From the human T2T-CHM13v2.0 reference genome, Homo sapiens, in assembly GCF_009914755.1 (NCBI RefSeq), contig NC_060947.1: a stretch of 64,000 bases of DNA. One strand, 5' to 3'. Each line of letters starts with the position of its first letter. Position 1 is the stretch's first letter. The notes under the pieces were generated by a model. The model searched no databases. It was not told where the DNA came from and saw only the letters and a list, made by a program, of their open reading frames with translations. Below are positions 52,607 through 64,000 of this stretch, piece after piece. The translations under genes were made by a program, and so were the position numbers.

Positions 52607-55600
52607 CCTTTGCCCACTTTTTGATGGGATTTTTTTTGTTGTTTTTGCTTATTTGTTTGAGTTCCTTGTAGATTCTGGGTATTAGTCCTTTGTCAGATGC
52701 ATAGTTTGCAAATATTTTCCCCCACTCTATAGGCTGTCTGTTTACTCTGCTGATAATTTCACTGTACAGAAGATTTTTAGTTTAATTAGGTCCCATTTAT
52801 TTATTTTTGTTTTAGTTGCGTTTGATTTTGGAGTCTTAGTCATGAATTCTTTGCCTAAGCCAATGTCCAGAAAAGTTTCCCAATGCTACCTTCTAGTATT
52901 TTTATAGTTTCAGTTCTTAGATTTAAGTATTTGATCCATTTTGAGTTAATTTTTGTATAAGGTGAGAGGTGAGGATCTAGTTTCATTCTTCTACATGTGG
53001 CTTGCCAGTTTTCCCAGCACCATTTATTGAATAGGGTGTCCTTTCCCCACTTTATGTTTTTGTATGCTTTGTCAATACTTACAGAAGGCCGTAAGTATTT
53101 GGCCTTATTTCTGGGTTTTCTATTGTCTTTCATTGGTCTTCATGCCTATTTTTATACCATTACCATGCTGTTTTGGTAGCTTATAGCTTTGTAGTATAAT
53201 TTGATGTCGGGAAATGTGATGCTTCCAGATTTGTTCCTTTTTCTTAGTCTTGCTTTAGCCATGTGGGCTCTCTTTTGGTTCCATATGAATTTTAGATTGC
53301 TTTTTTCTTGTTCTGTAAAGAATGATGATGGTATTTTGATTAGAATTGCATTGAATCTGTGGATTACTTTGGGCAGTATGGTCATTTTCATACTATTGAT
53401 TCTACCCCTCCATGAGCATGGAATATGTTGCCATTTGTTTGTGTCATCTATGATCTTTTTTAGGAGTGTTTTGTAGTTTTCCTTGCAGATATCTTTCACC
53501 TCCTTGGTTATTTCTAAATATCTTATTATTATTATTTTTGCGGCTGTTGTAAAATGGGTTGACTTCTTGATTTAATTCTCAGCTTAGTCATTGTTGGTAT
53601 ATAGCAGTGCTACTGATTTGTGTACATTGATGTTGTATCCTGAGACTTTACTGAATTCGTTTATCAGGCCAAGGAGCTTTTGGATTATTCTTTAGGGTAT
53701 TCTAGGCATATGATCATATCATTGGCAAACAGTGACATTTTGACTTCCACTTTTCCAATTTGGATGCTCTTTACTTCTTTCTCTTGTCTGATTACACTGG
53801 CTATGACTTCCAGTACTATGTTCAATAGAAGTGGTGACAATAGGCATCCTTGTCTTGTTCCAGTTCTCACGGGGAATGTTTTCAATTTTTCCCCATTCAG
53901 TATAATGTTGCCTGTGGGTATGTCATAGATGGCTTTTATTATCTTGAGGTATGTCTCTTCTATGCCAGTTTTTGTGAGTGTTTTTATAAAAAAGGGATAA
54001 TTTTATCAGATGCTTTTTCTGCATCTATTGAGCTAATCATATGATTTTTTATTTTGATTCTGTTTATGTGATGTATCACATTTATTGACTTGTGTATGTT
54101 AAACTATACCTGCATCCCTATGATAAAACTGACTTGATCATGGTGTATTATCTTTTTAATATGCTGTTGGATTTGGGTAGCTAGTATTTTGCTGAGGATT
54201 TTTGAATCTATGTTCATCAGGGTATTGGTCTGTAGCGTTTTTGGTTGTGTTCTTTCTTGGTTTGGGTATTGGGGTGACACTGGCTTCATAGAATGATTTA
54301 ATGAGGATTTCTTCTTTTACTGTCTTTTGGAATGGTTTCAGTAGGATTGGTACCAATTCTTATTTGAATGTCTGATAGAATTCAGCTGTGAATCCACCTG
54401 GTTCTGAACTTATTTTGTTGGCAATTTTAAAATTACAGTTTCAATCTTGCTTTTTGTTATTGGTCTGTTCAGGGTTTCTGTTTCTTCCTGATTTAATCTA
54501 GGAGGCTTGTATATTTCCAGGAACTTGTCCACATCCTCTACACATTCTAGTTTGTGTGTGAAAAGGTGTTCATAGTACACTTCAATTATCTTTTGTATTT
54601 CCATGGTATCAGTTGTAATATCTCCAGTCTCATTTCTGATTGAGTTCATTTGGATCTTTTCTTGGTTAATCTCACTAACAGTCTATCAATTTTGCTTATC
54701 TTTTCAGAGAATCAGCTTTTTGTTTCATTTATCTTTTGCATTGTTTTTGTTTGTTCCAGTTTCATTGAGTTTTGCTCTGATCTTGTTATTTCTTTTCTTC
54801 TGCTGGGTTTGAGTTTAGTTTGTTCTTGTTTCCCTTGTTCCTTGAGGTGTGACATTGGGTTGTCCATTTGTGCTCTTTCAGACTTTTTGATTGATGCATT
54901 TAACACCATGAACTTTTGTCTTAGCACCACTTTTGCTGTATCCCACAGGTTTTTGTAAGCTGTGTAACTATTATCATTCATTTCAAATAATTTTTAAATT
55001 TCTATCTTGATTTCATTGTTGACCCAAAGCTCATTCAAGAGCAGATTACTTACTTTCCATGTATTTCTATAGTTTTGAGGGTTCTTTTTGAAGTTGATTT
55101 CCAATTTTATTCCCCTGTGGTCTGAGAAAATGCTTGATATAATTTTGATTTTCTTAAATTTATAGAAACTTGTTGTGTGACCTATGATATGGTCTATCTT
55201 GGAGAATGTTCCATACACTGAAAAAAAGAATGCATATTCTGTAGTTGTTGGAAATAATGTTTTGTAAATATATGTTAATTCTGTTTGTTCTAGGGTATAG
55301 TTTAAGTCCACTGTTTCTTTGTTGACTTTCTGTCTTGATGATCTGTCTAGTGCTGTAAGTATAGTATTGAAGTCCTCCAATATTATTGTGTTGTTGTTTA
55401 TCTCATTTCTTATGTCTAGTACCAATTGTTTTATAAATTTAGGTGCTCCAGTGTTAGGTGCATATAATTTAGGATGGTGATATTTTCCTGTTGGACTAAT
55501 CCTTTTATCATTATACAATGTCCTTGCTTGTCTTTTTTTTTTAAACTGTTGTTGCTTTAAAGTCTGTTTTGTCTGATATAAGAATAGCTACTCCTGCTTG

Positions 55601-57955
55601 CTTTTGGTTTCCATTTGTGTGGAATATTTTTTACCACCCCTTTACCTTAAGCTTACATGAGTCCTTATGCATTAGGTGAGTCTCTTGAAAACAACACATA
55701 CTTGGTTGGTGGTTTATTTAATTCATTCTGCTATTATGTATCTTTTAAGTGTAGCGTTGAGGCCCATTTACATTCGATGTTAGTATTGAAATGTGAGGTA
55801 CTGTTGTACTTATCATGTAGTTGTTGCCTATATGTTTTGGATTTTTTTCATTGTGTTACTGTTTTATAGGCCCTGTGAGATTTATGCTTTAAGAAGGTTA
55901 TATTTTGGTGTATATCAAGGTTTTCTTTCAACATTTAGAACTCCTTTTAGCATTTATTGTAGTGCTTGTTTGGGGGTGGCAAATTCTGTCAGGATTTGTT
56001 TTTGAAGAAGACTTTATCTTCCTTTCATTTATGAAGCTTAGTTTTGCTAGATAGAAAATTTTAGGGTGACATTATTTTGTTTCAGGAGGTGAAAGGTAAG
56101 ACTCCAATCCCTTCTGACTTGTAAAGCTTCTGCTGAGAAATCTGCTGTTAATCTGATAGGTTTTGCTTTATAGGTTATCTTTTATCTCACAGCTCTTAAA
56201 ATTATGTTTTTTTTAATCTTGACTTTAGATAACCTGGTGACCCTGTGCCTTAATGATGATTGTTTTGGAATGAATTTCCCAGGAGTTCTTTTGACTTCTT
56301 CAGTTTGGATGTCTAGACCTCTAGCAAGGCCAGGGAAGTTTTCCTCAATTATTCCCTCAAATAAGTTTTCCAAACTTTTAGATTTCTGTTCTTTCTTAGA
56401 ATCACCACTTATTCTTAGGTTTGGTCATTTTACATAATCCCATATTCCTTGGAGACTTTGTTCATTTATTTCATTCTTTTTTATTTGTATTTGTCTGTTT
56501 GGGTTATTTCGAAAGTCTTGTCTTCAAGCTCTGAAATTCTTTCTTCTACTTGTTCTAGCTTATTGTTAAAATTTTCCACTGTATTTTGTATTTCCCTAAG
56601 TGTGTCTTTCATTTCCAGTAGCTCTCATTGTTTTTTCCTTTATGATATCTATTCCTCTGAAAAAATTTTAATTATATCCTGATTTTTTAAAATTTAAGTT
56701 GGTTTTCACCTTTCTCTGTTGTCTTCTTGAGTAGCTTACTAATCAACCTTATGAATTCTTTATCTGGCACTTCAGAGATTTCTTCTTGGTTTGGATCCAA
56801 TGCTGGGGAGCTAGTAGGATCTTTTCAGGATGATTTAGAACCCTGTCTTGTCATATTACCAGAATTACTTTCCTGCTTCCTTCTCATTTGGGTAGACTAA
56901 TCAAATTGTTCTTGAATTTATTTTTTATTGGACTGTGGTTTTTTTTAACTTCTTTTTTTCTTTCTTAAGGATCATACGCCAATGTTTATTTTAGCCTAGT
57001 TTGATTCTTGGTGATTTTAGGATGAAAACTCTGTATGAGTTCCTTATTTATAGAGAATCTTTTCCAACTGGCTTTCCCAGATGATGGTTTTAGTAGTTAA
57101 GTTCTTGGTGTGTGGGCAAGTTCACTGTTTCTTATGGGGTCAGAATGGCAGGGATCTCTTAAAGCTTATTTCCTTCTCTCATGGTGTACACTTTATTTGT
57201 TTATTTAATTTTCCCCCATTTTTATACTTGCTGAGTTGATGATTCAGGCTTCAGGTCAAGAGGAAACATATTCCTGTATAGGCACCAGTTGTAGCTAAGG
57301 CAGGTGAGATGTCATACATAATGGTAGGCTAAGACCCCAGACTTGATAAGGGTGTTGGAGGAGCTCTCAATGAGATGTGCTGAGGTTTTATAAGGGTGAA
57401 GAGTGGAAGCTACCTCAATTCCCCTGCCAGGCAAGCAGGAAAGCTATCCAACTCACAGCCTCAACCTTGTCCCAGTGTTCTGGCTATTCAGGTCAGATGG
57501 ACACCTCTGATCCTATCAGCAGAGAGACCTGGGAGAGAAGACCTGCTATTCAGATTCTTTTGTCCCACAGGGTGTTACCTTGTTGTGGTCCCTTCTGCTA
57601 GGACTGTGGCTTCCTGAGAAACAGATTGCAGTGACTGGAAGATTCTCCTTAAACATGTGGAATATTCTCCAAAATTTTTAACATTTTTACTCCATTGTAA
57701 CATCTGGGCCTGAAGATTCAATTTTTGGAAACTGTTAAATTACAAATTCAATTTCCTAAATAGTGACATAGGGTTATTCAAATTCTCTAATATATTGTGG
57801 GTGAACTGTGGTAGTGTTTGGATAAACTGGTCCATTTCATGCAATTTGTCCAATTTACACGTACACAGTTGTTCATAGTTATTATTCTTTTGATGCCTGT
57901 GGGGTCTGCAGCAATATCCTCTATTTCATTCCTGATATCAGAAAATTTGTGTCTT

Positions 57956-60900
57956 GATTGCTGGCAAGATGGCCAAATAGGAACAGCTCTGTCTGCAGCT
58001 CACAGTGAGATCAAAACAGAAGGTGGGTGATTTCTGCATTTCCAACTGAGGTACACAGTTCATCTCATTGGGACTGGTTGGACAGTGGGTGCAGACCAAG
58101 AAGGACGAGCCAAAGCAAGGTGGGGCATCGCCTCAACTGGGAAGTGCAAGGGGTCGGGGAACTCCATCTCCCAGCCAAGGGAAGCCATTAGGGACTGCAT
58201 TGTGCACTATAACTCAAATACTGTGCTTTTCCCACAGTCTTCACAACCCGCAGACCAGGAGATCCCCTTCGGTGCCTACACCACCAGGACCCTGGGTTTC
58301 CAGCACAAAACTGGGCGGCCCTTTGGGCAGACGCTGAACTAGCTGCAGGGTTTTTTTTTTTTCCCCCATACCTTAAGGGCCAGCGAGAAAAAAATGTTCA
58401 CTCCCCTGGAAAGCGGCTGAAGCCAGGGAGCCAAGTAGTCTTGCTCAGTGGGTTCCAACCCCATGGATCCCAGCAAACTAAGATCCACTGGCTTGAAATT
58501 CTCTCTGCCAGCACAGCAGCAGTCTGATACCGACTGGGACACTCGAGTTTGGTGGGAGGAGGGGCGTCCGCCATTTCTGAGGCTTGAGTAGGCAGTTTTC
58601 CCCTCACAGTGTAAAGAAGCCTCAGGGAAGTTCAAAATGGGTAGAGCCCATGGCAGCTCAGCAAGTTTGCTGTGGCCAGACTGCCAGATTTCTCCTCTCT
58701 GGGCAGGGCATCTCTGAAAAAAAGGCAGGAGCCCCAGTCAGGGACTTATAGATAAAACCCCTATCTCCCTGGGACAGAGCACCAGTGGGAAGGGGCAGTG
58801 GTGGACACAGCTTCGGCAGACTTAAAGGTCACTGTGTGACAGCTCTGAAGAGAGCAGTGGACCTCCCAGCACAGCATTCAAGCTCTGCTAAGGGACAGAT
58901 TGCCTCCTCAAGTGAGTCCCTGACCCCCATGTTTCCTGAGTGGGAGATACCTCTCAGTAGGGGCCAACAGACTCCTCATACAGGAGAGCTCTGGCTGGCA
59001 TCTGGCAGGTGCCCCTCTGGGAGAAAACTTCCAGAGGAAAGAACAGGCAGCAATCGTTGCCGTTCTTCAGCCTCCGCTGGTGATACCCAGGCAAACAGGG
59101 TCTGGAGTGGACCTCCAGCAAATTCCAGCAGACCTGCAGCAGAGGGGCCCGACTGTTAGAAGGAAAACTAACAAACATAAAGGAATAACACATCCACTCA
59201 GAGACCCCATTCTAAGGTCACTAACATAAAAACCAAAGGTAAATAAATCTACAAAGATGAAAACCAGAATGCCTCTTCTCCTCTAAAGGATCACAACTCC
59301 TCATCAGCAAGGGAACAAAACAAGATGGAGAATGAGTTTGATGAACAGACAGAATTAGGCTTCGGAAGGTGGGTAATAACAAACTCCTCTGAGCTAAAGG
59401 AGCATGTTCTAACACAATGCAAGGAAGCTAAGAACATTGAAAAAGGTTAGAGGAATTGCTAACTAGAATAACCAGTTTAGAGAAGAACATAAATGACCTG
59501 ATGGGGATAAAAACCATGGCACAAGAACTTCGTGAAGCATACACAAGAATCAATAGTGGAATCGACCAAGCAGAAGAAAGTATATCAGAGATTGAAGATC
59601 AAATTAATGAAATAAAGCGTGAAGACAAGATTAGAGAAAAAAGAATAAAGAGGAACAAACAAAGCCTCCAAGAAATATGGGACTATGTGAAAAGACCAAA
59701 CCTACGTTTCATTGGTGTACCTGAAAGTGATGGGTAGAATGGAACCAACAGGGAAAACACTCTTCAGGATATTATCCAGGAGAACTTCACTAGCCTAGCA
59801 ACACAGACCAACATTCAAATTCGGGAAATACAGAGAACACCTCAAAGATACTCCTTGAGAAGAGCAACCCCAAGACATATAATCATCAGATTCACCAAGG
59901 TTGAAACAAAGGAAAAAATGTTAAGGGAAGCCAGAGAGAAAGGTCGGGTTACCCACAAAGGGAAGCCCATCAGACTAACAGCAGATCTCTCTGCAGAAAC
60001 CCTAGAAGCCAGAAGAGAGTGGGGGCCAGTATTCAACATTTTTAAAGAAAAGAATTTTAAACCCAGAATTTCATATCCACCCAAACTAAGCTTCATAAGT
60101 GAAGGAGAAAAAAAATCCTTTACAGACAAGCAAATGCTGAGAGATTCTGTCACCACCAGGCCTGCCTTACAAGACCTCCTGAAGGAAGCACTAAACATAG
60201 AAAGAAACAACAGGTACCAGTCACTGCAAAAACAACAAATTGTAAAGACCATTGACACTATGAAGAAACTGCAACAAATGGGCAAAATAACCAGCTAGCA
60301 TCAAATTGACAGAATCATATTCACACATAACAATATTAACCTTAAATGTAAACGAGCTAAATGCCCCAGTTAAAAGACACAGACTGGCAAAATGGATAAA
60401 GAGTCAAGATCCATCAGTGTGCTGTATTCAGGGGACCCATCTCACATGCAAAGACACACATAGGCTCAAAATAAAGAGACAGAGTAATATTTACCAAGCA
60501 AATGGAAAGAAAAAAAAAAAAGCTGGGGTTGCAATCCTAATCTCTGGTAAAGCAGACTTGAAACTAACCTGTTGGTTGTGTTTGTTGGTCAAAAGAGACA
60601 AAGAAGGGCATTACATAATGTTAGAGGGATCAATGCAACAAGAGGAGCTAACTATTCTAAATATATATGCACCCAATACAGGAACACCCAGATTCATAAA
60701 GCAAGTTCTTAGAGACCTGCAAAGAAACACAGACTCCCACACAATAATAGTGGGAGACTTTAACACCCCACTGTCAATATTAGACAGATCAACGAAAAAG
60801 AGAATTAACAAGAATATTCAGGACTTGAACTCAGCTCTAGACCAAGCTGACCTAATAGATATCTACAGAACTCTCCACTCCAAACCAAAAGAATATATAT

Positions 60901-63440
60901 TCTTCTCAGCAACTCATTGCACTTATTCTAAAATTTACCACATAATTAGAAGTAAAACACTCCTCAGCAAATGCAAAACAATGAAAATCATAACAGTCTC
61001 TCAGACCACAGTGCAATTAAATTAGAACTCAGAATTAAGAAATTCACTCAAAACCACACAACTACATGCAAACTGAACAATCTGCTCCTGAATGACAACT
61101 AGGTAATTAATGAAATGAAGGCAGAAATAAAGATGTTCTTCGAAACCAATGAGAACAGAGATACAACGTACCAGGATCTCTGGGACACAATTAAAGCAGT
61201 GTGTAGAGGGGCATTTATACCACTAAATCCCCACAAGAGAAAGCAGAAAAGATCTAAAATTGACACCCTAACATCACAATGAAAAGAACTAGAGAAGCAA
61301 GAGCAAACAAATTCAAAAGCTCGCAGAAGACAAGAATTAACTAAGATCAGAACAGAACTGAAGGAGCTAGAGACATGAAAAAACCTTCAAAAAAATCAAT
61401 GAATTCAAGAGCTGGTTTTTGAAAAAAGTCATCAAAATAGATAGTCTGCTAGCCAGACTAATAAAGAAGAAAAGACAGAAGAATCAAATAGACACAGTAA
61501 AAAACGACATAGGGCATATCACTACTGATCCCACAGAAATACAAACTATCATCAGAGAATACTATGAACACCTCTATGCAAATAAACTAGAAAATCTAGA
61601 AGAAATGGAGAAATTCCTGGACAAATACACCCCCTCAAGTCTAAACCAGGAAGAAGTCGAATCTCTGAATAGACTAATAACAAGTTCTGAAATTGAGGCA
61701 GTAATTAACAGACTACCAACCAAAAAAAGTCCAGGACCAGACGGATTCACAGCCGAATTCTACCAGAGGTACAAAGAGCAGCTTATACCATTCCTTCTGA
61801 AACTATTCCAAACAACAGAAAAAGAGGGAATACTCTCTAACTTGTTTTATGAGGCCACCATCATCCGGGTACCAAAACCTGGCAGAGACACAACAAAAAA
61901 GGGAAATTTCAGGCCAATATCCCTGATGAACATCGATGTGAAAATCCTCAATAAAATACTGGCAAACTGAATCCAGCAGCACATTAAAAAGCTTATCCAC
62001 TACGATCAAGTTGGCTCCATACCTGGGATGCAAAGTTAGTTCAACATATGCAAATCAATAAATGCAATCCATCACATAAACATAACCAATGACAAAAAAG
62101 TCACATGATTATCTCACTAGATGCAGAAAAGGCCTGTGACATAATTCAACACCCCTTTATGCTAAAAACTCTCAATAAACCAGGTATCAATGAAATGTAT
62201 CTCAAAATAATAAGAGCTATTTATGACAAACCTACAGCGAATATCATACTTAATGGGCAACAGCTGGAAGCATTTGCTTTGAAAACTGGCACAAGACATG
62301 GATGCCCTCTCTCACCACTTCTATTCCACATAGTATTGGAATTTCTGGCCACGACAATCAGGCAAATGAAAGAAATAAAGGGTATTCAAATAGAAAGAGA
62401 GGAAGTCAAATTGTCTCTATTTGCAGATGACATGATCATATATTTAGAAAACCTCATTGTCTCATCTCAAAATCTCCTTAAGCTGATAAGCAATTTCAGC
62501 AAAGTCTCAGGATACAAAATCAATGTGCAAAAATCACAAGCATTCCTATACACCAATAATAGACACATAGAGAGCCAAATCATGAGTGAACTCCCATTCA
62601 CCATTGCTACTAAGAGAATAAAATACCTAGGAATACAACTTTCAAGGGATGTGAAGGTTATCTTCAAGGAGAACTTCAAACCACTGCTCAAGGAAATAAG
62701 AGAGGACACAAACAAATGGAAAAACATTCCATGCTTATGGATAGGAAGAATCAGTATCGTAAAAATTGCCATACTGCCCAAAGTAATTTATAGATTCAAT
62801 GCTATCCCCATCAAGATACCATTGACTTTATTCACAGAATTGGAAAAAAACTACTTTTAACTTCATATGGAACCAAAAAAGAGCCCACATAGCCAAGACA
62901 CTCCTAAGCAAAAAGAACAAAGCTGGAGGTGTTACGATACCTGACTTCAAACTATACTACAAGGTTACAGAAACCGAAACTGCATGCTACTGGTACCAAA
63001 ACAGATACATAGAACAGAACAGAGGCCTCGGAAATAACACCACACATCTACAACCATCTGATCTTTGACCAACCTGACACAAACAAGCAATGGGGAAAGG
63101 ATTCCCTATTTAATAAATGGTGTTGGCAAAACTGGCTAGCCAGATGCAGAAAACTGAAACTCGACCCCTTACTTACACCTTATACAAAGATTTACTCAAG
63201 ATGGATGAAAGACTTAAACATAACACCTAAAATCATAAAAATCCTAGAAGAAAACCTAGGCAATACCATTCAGGACATAGTAATGGGCACAGACTTCATG
63301 TCCAAAACACCAAAAATAATGGCACCAAAAGCAAAAATTGACAAAAGGGATCTAACTAAACTAAAGAGCTTCTGCACAGCAAAAGAAACTATTATCAGTG
63401 GGAACAGGCAACCTAAAGAATGGGAGAAAATTTTTGCAAT
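57956..63440 (+). mobile_element. L1PA7/8-like element with complete 5' end, 3' end missing
   Basis: gattgctggcaagatggccaaatagg, then a long 5' UTR and ORF1/ORF2 fragments. Stops abruptly at gagaaaatttttgcaat. Confidence 0.93.
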
Positions 63441-63445
63441 TATTA

Positions 63446-64000
63446 TAAAAGCTTCCTTATTTCTCCACATCCTCTCCAGCTTCTGTTGTTTCCTGACGTT
63501 TTAATGATCACCATTCTAACTGCCATGAGATACTATCACATTTTGGTTTTGATTTGCATTTCTCTAATGACCAGTGATGACGAGCTTTTCTTCATATGTT
63601 TGTTGGCCACATAAATGTCTTCTTCTGAGAATTGTCTGTTCATAACCTTCACCCACTTTTTAATGGGGTTGGTTTTTTCTAGTAAACTTGTTTAAGATCC
63701 TTGTAGGATCTGGATATTAGACCTTTGTCAGATGGATAGATTGTAAAAATTTTCTCCCATTCTGTAGGTTGCCTGTTCACTCTGATGATAGTTTCTTTTG
63801 CTGTGCAGAAGCTCTTTAGTTTAATGAGATCCCATTTGTCAATTTTGCTTTCATTGCAATTGCTTTTGGTGTTCCAGTCATGAAGTCTTTGCCCATGCCT
63901 ATGTCCTGAATGGTACTGCCTGGGTTTTCTTTTTTATGATTTTAGGTCTTACATTTAAGTCTTTAATTCATCCTGAGTTAATTTTTGTATAAGGTGTAAG
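63446..64000 (-). mobile_element. Second L1PA element in opposite orientation, 3' end missing, continues past the window
   Basis: atttctccacatcctctccagc...gtcatgaagtctttgcccatgcc is antisense L1 ORF2. Confidence 0.92.

Noticed and set aside
63440-64000. Twin-priming L1 inversion
   Set aside because: The inverted parts overlap in L1 coordinates and are diverged, and the plus-strand element has a complete 5' end.

Overview
Primate, most likely human, genomic DNA from Xq11.2. The assignment rests on the ZC4H2 coding exons plus Alu, L1PA and THE1 elements. The only host gene is ZC4H2 on the minus strand: coding exons 2-5 lie at 45408-41203, with a roughly 1.3-2 kb 3' UTR, and exon 1 lies beyond the right edge. 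Roughly half of the window is LINE-1 (L1MA, L1PB and L1PA3-8 copies, all with disrupted ORF1/ORF2). The rest is Alu, a THE1 MaLR provirus, MLT1/MER68-type LTRs, MIR/L2 and MER DNA transposons. Nearly all ORFs in the supplied track are L1 or repeat fragments. I found no new protein-coding system. The notable signals are structural: (1) a full-length L1PA5-like insertion carrying a 3.2 kb 3' transduction bracketed by a target-site duplication (TSD); (2) private mutations, including a stop codon, shared by two neighbouring L1s, suggesting ectopic gene conversion; (3) an old ~270 bp inverted duplication just downstream of ZC4H2 that can be dated by nested transposons; (4) a 276 nt GAA/GGA Alu tail on the sense strand of ZC4H2 intron 1; (5) an open L1 ORF0; (6) several deletion junctions and template-switch micro-hairpins. 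Repeat subfamily names come from recalled consensus sequences, and repeat boundaries are approximate.
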